From NCBI GenBank assembly GCA_964016885.1, contig OZ024741.1:391530001-391594000 (forward strand): a stretch of DNA of 64,000 bases, written 5' to 3'. Source of the DNA: Eledone cirrhosa (lineage: Eukaryota). The notes beneath the pieces are model-generated. The model had not been told where the DNA came from, ran no database searches, and saw nothing but the letters and a program-made list of their open reading frames with translations. Numbering within the stretch: position 1 is the first letter of the stretch; each line of letters opens with the position of its first letter. Positions 12,435-24,719 of the stretch are shown piece by piece. The translations under genes and the position numbers were made by a program.

Positions 12435-13420
12435 TATAAGTATGTATACGTACATACATATATGTATACAGACGTACAGTAGTATGTATATATATATATA
12501 CATGCACACATATATATATATGTACGTATGGGTTTACCGAACATTTATTATAATGTTCGATTTGTTTGTAAACAAACAGCCCGAATTATTAGCCGTACAG
12601 TGTTCGGCAACCATCGTTGCCGTTTTGTTCAACACTGACAAAGGAACGATGAACTAGTTTCTAGCTTATTAGCTGTCATCAGCACAGTATATCTTCCTGT
12701 CAGTTGATTGAACGTTTGAAAGTATATACTTTCCTTATGCATATTAACGGCTGAGCAGCCTAATTTGCATATCGAATGACATCACATTTGTATACGATGT
12801 CATTTTTCAGGCATTTATTTTCAAGTGGGCAGGCTTCCTTATTTGGGCAGTTGCACAAGGCCTCAGTCCGGGGATTGGGTTCGAAGGTGGTTGGCTTATT
12901 TAATTTTTTAGAATTGAGATTTATATATATATATATCCTAGCTAGGTTAGGTGTAGTGGAGTAGGAGAGTCTTATTGTATTCTTATTAAAGATAGTGTAG
13001 TACCTATGTTGTGTGGGGAAGTGTATATTCAGCAATTTGAAGACAGTCCTAGCTATAGGTGTAGAAACCTCTCTGTTGAAGCAGGGTTGTACCAACTAAT
13101 CTGTCTATGCCTATTTCTCCTAGGTAGTCTTGGGGTGGTTTCTAGATAAGTGATGTTTTCTTTAAATCCGCTATGGGCGAGGGCGTCGTTGTAGTAAGAG
13201 GCAGAGGTGCTAAAGATATCTTCATTGGCCGAGAGACCGAAAATTCTGAGTGAGACGCTTTTAACTAAGTTATCTGTGATGTTTTGGGGTGGTTCGAATT
13301 AACATTTATATATCTGAGGGACTCGTTAGTTTTGTGGTACGGGTAATAGAGGCAAGTATCTAAGTCGAGAGTGACATCTAAAAAGTTGACCCTAGTCATA
13401 TTTGATTCTATGGTTATTCT
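12435..13420 (-). mobile_element. Decayed Naiad-like PLE fragment (RT end + linker) fused to a hammerhead-bearing terminus
   Basis: FLDVTLDL, HF..HRYYTIFNKNTIRLSYS, CNCPNKEACPLENKCL; hammerhead 12646-12688; 12435-12777 is an inverted paralog of 10628-11020. Confidence 0.8.
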
Positions 13421-13651
13421 AAATCATATTTTTGTTTCCGCCTGTTCGTCAACTCAATCTTTCTACTTCGTCTTAAATTTCTCATTCTACCTTCTGATGA
13501 AGCGTAAAATTAATAAAATATTTCTTCATTGTACTGTGTCGTTTGCTTTGTTATTTCTGTTTGACACACACACGCACACACACACACATACACACACACG
13601 CACACACACTCGCACACCTATATATATATGACCATGTTATTCTTCACTCTT

Positions 13652-13716
<65 letters not shown>

Positions 13717-14539
13717 CAAATTAACATAAATATGTATAGAAAGAGAGAGAAAGAGCCATATATCGTGTGAGAATCACACTATTTTGTACATATATAAAGC
13801 ACATAATATTTAGGAAAAAATACGTACTTCAAGGTGTAAAAAGTTCTTCTTTCCTTATGGTATCATTTCATGATTCGAAAACTATAACAAAAATCGAACT
13901 ATACAATCGATCAACGATCACCAACTATCGATTTTGATAAAGCTACGGGTGACGCGAATCAATCAATAGAGGAATTTTGTCTTTGAATAAAGTTCCAATA
14001 TACTATAGAGTACAAAATACCTTCAGATCTATCGGGATCTATGAATCAAACCAACACTATAGACAGTATGGTGTAAAAACGTTTTAACTGTGGCGGCAGA
14101 TATAAACAGGTTTGAACATCATCTTATCCGCTAGAAAGAGGCGCGAAGTACTAGTGAGTGTGAGCAGCTGAACAAATGAAGAATTTAGAACAGTTATATA
14201 CTAATTTAAGGCATCATAACATATATACTATGTATGATGCTTGTGTTTCTCAGTAAAAAATGTTCAATATATATATATATATATGATATTCAATTAGTTG
14301 AAAATACAAGAATGACGTAAGAACGTTGAGTTTCGTGTCGATGGATTTGTCAAACTGATATGTTTGTCATCTGTATTTATGTGTTTATGTGCATGTCCAT
14401 ATAGATACAAACGTGTTTCTTTACTTTGATCTATTTGTCTGCGTATGTATGTATGCATATATATATATATATGTATGTTTGTATGTATGTGTGTGTGTGT
14501 ATGTATGCATGCATATATGTATGTATATATGTATTATGT

Positions 14540-14758
14540 CGGGTCACTCCCAATTGCTACTGGTAACATGTAACCCAGTACAACCTGTCACATGGTCGGG
14601 TTGTCGGTGGCTAGACCGGCAAGCCACCAAGTTTACTTGGTGAGGAGGATGATTTTGGACTCACTACAGGACTAAAAACAAAACCTGACAAAGGGCGGAA
14701 GAACTCATAAGAGGCAACGGTCATCCAAAAATGTGTAAATATGTATATACATATATGC

Positions 14759-14814
<56 letters not shown>

Positions 14815-15135
14815 ATATGTATATATGTATATGCAAGTATACATATGTATGTATATGCGCGGGGACATAGAAATAATCGGGCTGGATGCCCAATCGCGTG
14901 TTTAAAACACTGGGAGTGAAGGACCCCTAGTCTTTGTCAGGGTATTCTTCTAGGAGAAGGCAACTCAGGAAACTGGGATAACTCCGACATAAAACCTGCG
15001 GCTCAGTAGTTACCGATGATGTTGATCTTTTCTTCTTTTCGGGTTATAGCTACTGTCGCTCAGAGAGTGAGATTAGCTCAGTGCAAATCCTCACTTTAAA
15101 AATAAATCTTCAAACACTGGCATTGCACGATAGCA
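14540..15135 (+). mobile_element. RTE-type 5' leader fragment interrupted by a TA/TG microsatellite
   Basis: 14920-15090 is similar to 19925-20090; HDV-like fold at 14570-14637. Confidence 0.6.
14570..14637 (+). ncRNA. Candidate HDV-like ribozyme, partly degenerate
   Basis: P1 GTAACCC/GGGTTGT, P3 ACC/GGT with loop TGTCACAT, P4 TGGC/GCCA, J4/2 CCAA, P2 AGTA/TACT. Confidence 0.5.
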
Positions 15136-15254
15136 TTAATTAATCTAAACTATAATAAAGTAAGAAGCGCAAGACTGCGTACGGTTTATAATTGTTTATC
15201 CCCTTAGTAAAATAAGTTGGATTACTTTGAATAAATAATGAATGAATATTACAT

Positions 15255-15798
15255 AATTTATCTACTAAATTTCGTGGCTGTTCATTAAATATATTTTATT
15301 ATTTATTTAAAGATTCACTTCTTTAAAATTTTCAAATGTCAACACTTCCGGTTAGCGATCGTTTAGATAAATATTCATATATTTCTGTCACTAATTTTCT
15401 CCTAATGCAGTTTATATATAATTTCGTCTTTTTTTTAAGTATCATGTTAATGATTACAAAAGACAGTGTAACACAGTCTTCGTTCAATTTCTGTGTATAT
15501 TGTCAATTACGATTTTATTTGATCATATCTACATGTATATATACTTGCGTATAATATCAATATACACACTACACATGCTAGCAGATATATAATATCGTCT
15601 TTTTTTAATGTATCATGGATTACGTTACTGATTACAGAAGACAGTGTAACACACTCTTCGTTCAATTTCTGTGTATATTGTCAATTACGGTTTTATTTGA
15701 TGTATCATATCTACATGTATATATACTTGCGTATAATATCAATATACACACTACACTTGCTAGCAGCAAACCACCCAGAGGGTAGTTTTTCTGCTAGT
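15255..15798 (+). mobile_element. Non-autonomous Helitron-like fragment with ~175-bp internal tandem duplication
   Basis: Similar to 32930-33022 and (reversed) 48700-48900; ends in a small hairpin + CTAG-T. Confidence 0.5.
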
Positions 15799-16002
15799 AA
15801 TTATTAATAATGTTATATCGTGCAATGGCCATACTCGTTAACGAGGAGGCAACCATCATGTATGTATGCACGTATTACGTATATATGTATGCATTCATTA
15901 TGTATGTGTATATTCATGTATGTATGTATGCATGTATGTGTGTATGTATGTGTGAATGCATGTATGTATGGGTGCATGTATGCATGTATTACGTATGTAT
16001 GT

Positions 16003-19000
16003 AGTGAGTGTCTTATGTCCATGAGAATTCCGCTAGACAAAGGAAGGTATGCGACCCTGGTGAGTGTGTATGCTCCAGCCATGAATTCTGTTGATGAAAA
16101 AAAAGTGTCTTTCTACCATGCCTTGAAAGGTGTTTTAAGAAATATCCCTCAGGCAGATAAGGTCATCGTGCTTGGTGATTTTAATGCTAGAGTGGGTAGG
16201 GATTTTAACACATGGAATGTAATCGGAAGGCATGGGGTGGGAAAGTGTAACAACAATGGTATGCTCCTGATGCAGTTGTGTGAGGAGCTGGATCTGTGTG
16301 TTACCAACCTCATGTTCCAGCAAAAGAGCACATTTAAGTCCACATGGAGGCATCCTGCATCTAAGGAATGGCATCTTTTGACTACGTCCTTGTCAGGGTG
16401 CGTGACACACGGAATGTGCAGTGTGTTCGTGTTCTTCGTGGGGCTGAGTGTTGGACGGACCACCGCCTGGTACGTGCAAAAGTGAAACTAATCACTAAAC
16501 TTAAAATCCGGGCCCCTGGTGTTACCCTGCCTAGAAGACTAAATGCTGCTCGTCTTAGATATAATAGTGTGAAGAGGACATTGCGAGAATAGATGCATGT
16601 TGCAGATTTTGATAAGGATTGGCCTACCCTTAAAAAGTCGGTTTGTGATGTAGGCAGGCATGTTCTGGGATTGGTGTAGAGAAAGCATCAAGACTGGTTT
16701 AATGAAAATATATGAATTGTTGGCTGATAAGAGGCGTGCTCTGTCACGCTACTTGGCAGCAAAACCACAGGAGAAGAATATGTTACATAAGGAACTCAAG
16801 GATGTGAAATTACGTGTGCGGCGGAGGCTTTCTCAGATGAAGGATAAGTGGTGGAGTGAGAAGGCTGATGAGATAAAAGCTGCATCAGATTCCAATAGCA
16901 CAAAGCTGTTGTACAGTCTCTTGTGTGAAGTTTATGAACCGTCTTTTTCTCTGGTGACACCGCTTCGCAGCAAGGATGGCAAGGAACTTCTTCGTGACCC
17001 ACAAGGAATTCTGCGAAGGTGGCGAGAGCACTTTGATGAACTTTTGAATCAGCTGTCTGTCGTCAATGAAGATTTCCTCAATCTCCTTCTTGAAAAACCT
17101 GTGAAAGTAGCTCTCACAGAACCACCGATGCTTATGGAGGTTGCAGTAGCTATCTCGAAGCTGAACAGTGGAAGGTCTCCAGGTATGGATGGCATACATG
17201 CAGAGCTCTTACAATATGGCGGTGAGAGACTTCTGCAACATCTTCACTCTTTGTTTGGCAGGATATGGGCTAGTGAATTCGTACCTGAGGACTGGAGAGA
17301 TGCAGTAATGGCAGTATTGTATAAGGGAAAAGGGTAACAGGAAATGATTGTAGAAACTACAGAGGTATATCATTGCTTTCTGTCGTAGGAAAAATTTTAT
17401 GTAGGGTGCTTCTGGACCATCTGCTGACACATTGCAGATTATGTTCTCCCTGAAAGTCAATCTGGTTTTCGTGCTGGACGTGGCACTTCTCAGCTAGACA
17501 GCTCCAGGAGAAGTGCATGGAACAAGGTTTGGATCTGTATCAGGTTTTTGTCGATCTGACAAAAGCTTTCGATGCTGTTAACAGAAATACATTGTGGAAG
17601 GTTCTCCAGAAACTTGGTTGCCCTGATAAGTTCCTTGCTTTTGTTAGGTCTTTCCACGACGACATTAAGGCTTGGGTTAATGTCAGAGGTAACATGTCGG
17701 ACCCTATCTCAGTGAAAAATGGAGTGAAACAGGGGATATTCCAGCACCGACCCTGTTTACCATATACTTTGCATTCAAGAATTGCAAGCATGGTATTTAC
17801 ATCTACTATCGAACCTTTGGGCAGCATATTTAACATCATGCGCTTTGCTACAAAACAAAAGTATTTAGATCAATCATAAGAAACCTCTTGTATGCAGATG
17901 ATTGCGATCTTGTTGTGCACACATAGATTGATATGCAGCACATTTTGAATGCATTTTATGATGCTTGCACTGCCCTAGGATTGACTGTCAGTCTCAAGAA
18001 AACCGTCCTCTTGTACCAACCTGCGCCTGGTAAGCAGTACAGTGAACTAAATATCTGTGTGTATGGTAAACGATTTGGAGTGGTTGATCAGTTTGTCTAC
18101 CTTGGAAGCACTGTCAATCGATACAGCAATCTTGATATTGAAATTCCACTCAGGATTAGGATAGCAAGTGATTCTTTCGGAAAGCTATAAAGGCGCCTTT
18201 GGGGTCGGCGAGACATATGCAAGAAGACAAAGGTAAAGGTGTACAAGGCATGTGTGCTCTTTTCTTTATGCCTGCGAGACCTGGGTCACATTACGACACC
18301 ACCTTAAACAATTGGAGCGTTTCCATCAGATATGTCTCAGACGGATCCATGGCGTTCACTGGAGGGACAACATCAGTGATGACGAGATTTTGGAAAGCTC
18401 TCTGTGTGAAAGTATGGAAGCTCTTGTGCTTAAGCAAAGACTTCGATGGAGTAGTCACCTTGTAAGGATGAAGGATTCTAGAATACCAAAACAACTCTTT
18501 TATGGGGAGTTAGTTAAAGGAAAACGACCTCCACATAAACCCCAAAAGAGGTATAAGGATTCGTTGAAAGCTCCCTTTGTAAGACGCTAAAATCTCTGCT
18601 GATACATGGGAAAGCGTAGCTGCTGATCGTAATAAATGGAGAAAGACTGTACATGAGGGGAAAGTTGCTTTTGAGGCATCTCGAATCGCATACGAGAAAG
18701 TAAAAAGGGATGTGAGGAAAGGGCTAGGTGTTGCATTTCCAGACAGCAAAGGTCCTCCTATGATGCTGACATGCAGCGTCTGTGCGAGACTCTGCCTAAG
18801 CAAAGCTGGACTCGAAAGTCGTCTTCGCAGTCATAAAGTGAGACCAGTGGTTGCCTACCAGGCTGCTGTGGGAGATGCTACTCATCATACCTGTGAAGCA
18901 TGTGGAAGAGAGTGTAGATCAGCAGGAGGGCTCAAACAACATGCAAAGTACATGAAATCCAACCACAGCCGGCTGTTGCCAGTGAATGTTTTGGGTGCCA

Positions 19001-19060
19001 ACTCTGTGCCAGACATCTTAGATCATTGGCTGGGCTAAAAATCCACATTCGATCGCAGCA
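16003..19060 (+). mobile_element. RTE-clade LINE, 5'-truncated and frameshifted (APE, RT, C2H2 fingers); 3' tail displaced to 19713-19760
   Basis: GDFNARVG, TDHRLV, SPGMDGI, FVDLTKAFDAVNR, GVKQG, YADD (~17891), YLGS, LRWSSHLVRM, CSVC/CEAC fingers. Confidence 0.93.
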
Positions 19061-19165
19061 ACGTTAATTGTTATTGTGTGTGTGTATGTGTGTATGTGTA
19101 TGTATGTGTGTGTGTGTATATGTATATATAGATACGTATATGTGTATATATGTGTGTGTATATAC

Positions 19166-19216
<51 letters not shown>

Positions 19217-19220
<4 letters not shown>

Positions 19221-19340
19221 AACAAGTAAGACCCCGACGGCTGAGCTCAAGCCGTTTCGACGGCGGCTAATTCTGTCATTATTACCCACTCTACTACCCT
19301 AAGTATTGAGTACTTTGGTGCGTTATGGTCCACCTGGTTC
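19217..19340. mobile_element. Second copy of the 11689 PLE terminal fragment with a different inversion breakpoint
   Basis: Inverted hammerhead half joined to the same tail, between (TA)n tracts. Confidence 0.7.
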
Positions 19341-19358
19341 CTTACCACATTTCCTTCG

Positions 19359-19455
<97 letters not shown>

Positions 19456-19924
19456 CATACATATGTATATACACACACATATATATAGTAATATATATAT
19501 AGTAATAAATAATAAATGTGAAGACTAAAATCCAAAGAGGGCTCCATAAGGATAAATATATATCAAATATATAAGAACCCTAGAGCAAATATTTATTAAA
19601 ATAACAGATTAAAGTTTAAGCAAAGAATCGCTGCTTTCACCCTTAATGGGGTCTTCTGAAACATATATATTTATATTATCATTATTGTTGTTATTGTTAT
19701 TATTATTTTTGTTCGTGCAATGGCCATACTCGATAACGAGGAGGCAGCCATCATGTATGTATGTATGCATGCATTATGTATGTATGTATTCATGTATGTA
19801 TGTGTGTATTCATGTATGTATGTATGTGTGTATGTATGCGTGAATGTATGTATGTGTGCATCTATGCGTGAATGTATGTATGTATGTGTGTATGTATGTA
19901 TGTATGTATGTGTGTATCGGGAGA

Positions 19925-20340
19925 GATGACCCCTTAGCTTTTGTCAGGGCAGAATTCTAGAAGAAGGAAAACTCTGATATAACACCTGCAACCCTGATGG
20001 TATCCAATGATGTTGACTTGTTCTTCTTTTTGGTAAATATCATCTTGGTTAAGAGAGTGGGACTGGCTTTGTGCAGTGCCTTTGCTCACTATAAAAGCTT
20101 CACGGCACAGGCATTGCTTTATATCTGGAGATCTCTCTGCACTTGTCGTCACATGGTACCATGGGCCCAGCACTATGTGTCAATAATTGTCACAAGTGTA
20201 GTGTTTGTACCAGAGTTTTCAAGCCGCTGGCTGGACTAAAAAGTCACACTTGTTCAGCGCATCGGTAAGGGTTCTCCTACATGGATATAAAGTAGTGGCC
20301 GTACTCGAAAACGAGTTGGCAGCCACCATGTATGTATGTA
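19925..20340 (+). mobile_element. Non-autonomous bipartite RTE derivative with (ATGT)n tail
   Basis: 5' part resembles 14920-15090; 3' part resembles 19005-19060 and the tail at 19720-19760. Confidence 0.75.
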
Positions 20341-20744
20341 TGTATGTATGTATGTATGTATGTATGTATGTATGTATGTATGTATGTGTGTATGTATGTA
20401 TGTATGTATTATGTAAGTATTGTATGCATCTGTCTGTCTACAAGTGTATCTGTCCTCTCTCTATCTCTATATATGTGTGTGTAAAGAGTCAGTCTGCTAA
20501 ACATGTTTATGTGTAAGTTCATATTTATCAAACCCGTTCCAGTCGTAACCATTCCGTCTTTTTAAAATATTAGATAGCACGTGATCCAGTCAGTCGTTTC
20601 ATTTCGTCCAACGATAGGAGGTATTGTTTAAGGGATATTTAGCATATATTTCGTTAGCGTGACTACGTCGAGGTGATATTGGCCAGAAATGAGTACATAT
20701 TACGTGTGTTTAAACATTGATAACCATACATGTTCATTTACAGA

Positions 20745-21191
20745 TCTCTCTCTCTCTCTCTCTATCTATCTCTCTATCTTCTCTCTCTCTCTCTCTCTCC
20801 TCACTCTCCTTCTCCCACTCTCTCACTCTATCACTCTATCTATCTATCTATCTATCTTCTCTCTATCTCTCTACCTCTCTCTCTCTCTCCTCACTCTCCT
20901 TCTCCCACTCTCTCACTCTATCTATCTATCTATCTCGCTCTCTCTTTCTCTCTCTCTCCTCACTCTCCTTCTCCCACTCTCTCACTCTATCTATCTATCT
21001 ATCTATCTATCTTCTCTCTATCTCTCTCTCTCTCTCTCCTCACTCTCCTTCTCCCACTCTCTCACTCTATCTATCTATCTATCTATCTATCTTCTCTCTA
21101 TCTCTCTCTCTCTCTCCTCACTCTCCTTCTCCCACTCTCTCACTCTATCTATCTATCTATCTATCTATCTCTCTCTCTATCTATCTATCTA
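20745..21191. repeat. Pyrimidine-rich compound minisatellite (~60-80-bp unit, 5 copies)
   Basis: Repeated CCTCACTCTCCTTCTCCCACTCTCTCACTCTATC core. Confidence 0.9.
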
Positions 21192-21675
21192 TACCGAGCA
21201 GCAGACTTTTACACTAATACAACTATATCTGTGATTGTATGTAACTGTGAGAAATATATATAGGTGTGTGTGTTTGTGTTTGAGAAAGAGAGAGAGAGAG
21301 TGTGTGTGCGTGCATGCTCACACACACATATATATATATGTGTGTGTGTGTGTGTACATGCACACACACACACACACACACACTCTCTCTCTCTTTTTAT
21401 ATATACAAATATATATATATATTATTACAGAGGTAATTGAAATTAAATATATACATGCACGCAACCATATACGTACATACACAAGCATACGCGAAACACC
21501 CGCAATGGGTATGCCAATACAAGCACGTACACAAAAAAAACACTCACACACACGCACATACAGACCCCACGCAACGCCTGTACCCGCACGCATTGCTCTA
21601 CGGTTCTTATATATTTGATATATATTTATCCTTATCGAGCCCTCTTTGGATTTTAGTCTTCAAATCTATTATTAC

Positions 21676-21707
<32 letters not shown>

Positions 21708-21768
21708 GTATTATATATTATTACTATATATATATATATTATATATTATTACTATATATATATATTAT

Positions 21769-21815
<47 letters not shown>

Positions 21816-22353
21816 GTATTATATATTATTACTATATATATATATATATATATGTATTATATATGTATTGTATATGTATTATAGCTAAGTAGAGAGTATT
21901 GTTACATTACAAATATATATATGCATACACATACATATATAATATATGAATATATACATATATGCAGACACACATAAAAATGTATATATATTATACAGTC
22001 TGCTCATAAAATTAATGTGCAAGTGGTTGAGTATTCCGCAATTACATTTAGTTTGCAAGGAGATTGAGTATGAGACAATAGTATGAATTCCATGCACAAG
22101 TCTCGGTGGACTAGTAGAACGTGAAATTAAGTGTTTCAGTGAGAGACACAACACATCGACAAGAATCGAACCCACGACCATCTTGAACTGAACATCCGAG
22201 CAACTATGCCACATGCCTTACGTAGATACATACATACATACTTACATACATACATACATACATACATATATACATACATACATACATACATACATACATA
22301 CATACATACATACATACATACTTACTTACATACTTACATAGATACATACTTAC

Positions 22354-22384
<31 letters not shown>

Positions 22385-22541
22385 CATACATACATACATA
22401 CATACATACATACATAGATACATACATACATACATACATACATACATACATACATACATACATACATACACACACACATACACACACATACATACATACA
22501 TACATACATACATACATACATACATACATACATACATACAT

Positions 22542-22871
22542 AATACAGGAGAAGGAGGACATCTACGGACCATTGATGAGGAGTTTACAAATCCAGTATC
22601 CAAGATACACCTTTAGCTTCATACCCATCATTATTGGTGCTACGGGTTATATACCAACCCGCTTGGACCAAAGTATGACTGAACTTGGATTTGCGGACAA
22701 AAAGCGCAGCTCCCTAATTCATAGTCTACAAATGGCTGCGATAGCTGGCACCTTCAAAATTTGCAAAACATTCTTGCGATTCAAGGGATGACAATTTCTT
22801 TTCTTTTACAACCTTGCCACCAGGAAGGTGGCCGGTCAAAAAATATACTCAAAATTAAGAGAAAGAGAAAA
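22542..22871 (+). mobile_element. 5'-truncated RLE non-LTR element (endonuclease C-terminus + 3' UTR) inside (CATA)n
   Basis: EKEDIYGPLMRSLQ...FIPIIIGATGYIP...KICKTFL; (CATA)n on both sides. Confidence 0.8.
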
Positions 22872-23488
22872 CATACATACATACATACATACATACATAC
22901 ATACATACACACACACATACACACACACACACATACATACATACATACATACATACATACATACATACATACATACATACACATATACATATAGGTGGGG
23001 GATGAGATGGTAGTAGTATAGATTGTTTCAAAAGTCTTACCTTAAACCATGGAATTATAATAAGTCCGTAAATACCAGACGACAACCACAAACTGTAAAA
23101 CCACATAACTTCCTTAACACACCAGGGAAACTCCCTTTTTCAACACAAATTCTCTTTAATCTGACTCTCTCATTCTTTCTTCCTTCCTATTTCTTTATCC
23201 TTTCTCTTTTTTCTCTCATTATTTCTTCTTATTTCTCTCTATTCTTTTCCTCACCACTTCTTTTTCATTCGGTCTATGCCATCGTAATGATGTCTTCTTA
23301 TCTTTTACTCTTACTTTCACTCACATCCCCCTCTCCTAACTTCCCCTTCTTTATCAATCAATAAATCTATCTATCTATCTATTATTTATTTATTTATCTA
23401 TCTATCGCTCCTTTTTTTCTTTATCTCCACCTCCTTTTTTTTTCTTACACTCTATACTTCTTTTTCTTCTCTCTCTCCCTTTCTATTT

Positions 23489-23722
<234 letters not shown>

Positions 23723-24486
23723 CTATTTCTCTTATCAGTTCCCACTCAATCATTGTCTCTCACATTCTCTCACTCTTGCTCGTTCTTACGATTTCTCTCT
23801 TCCTCTCTCTTTCTTTTCCTGCTATTTTGCCAGTTTTATTTCTCCCAGGCAAAGTATTATTAGAATGTCGGACAAAATACCTTGCGGTAGTTCTTCAGAC
23901 TATGTATGTTCTGATTTCAAATCCCGCCGAGGTCAAACTTCCTGGAGGTCGATAAAACAAAATATCTCTCAAATAATGGACCGGGGTAGTTGTACTGGAC
24001 TAACCCTTTCCCTCACATTTATGACCAAGAACAACTATTTTATATTCCATTACTGGTTTCAGACATTTGTCTGCGGTCATGCTGGAGCCCCTCCTTGGAT
24101 GGATTTAGTCGATCATATCGTCCCACCATATTTATCTTTCATGTCTAGTATCTATCTATTTATTTATTTATTTATTTATTGTAAACATATATTTTATTTT
24201 ATAATTTATCGATATTTTGTGTCGAACCGCTATGGAACATAAAAACACAGTCAGACAGGCAGACATACTCGCACATTCACACACAAACTCTATATATACA
24301 TTTAAAAGTTATGGTACCCATTTACGTGTGTTGTATCGAGGCAAATAACTTTGTGTCTACTCTGGGATTTTTACGTAAACTTACCTATTGAGTACTCTGA
24401 GATATGCAACCGGTACTTGCAGGAAACCCTTATGCTAGCCCCGTCAACTTCATATATATATATGAAGTTGCGGGACTAGCATAAGG

Positions 24487-24568
<82 letters not shown>

Positions 24569-24618
24569 AATTAGTATATCTAGTAACATATATATACACA
24601 GATGCATACTTATGTTAG

Positions 24619-24719
<101 letters not shown>

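Noticed and set aside
13490-13520. Hammerhead at CTGATGA (also 53864 and 1975-2010)
   Set aside because: No correctly placed GAAA or supporting stems
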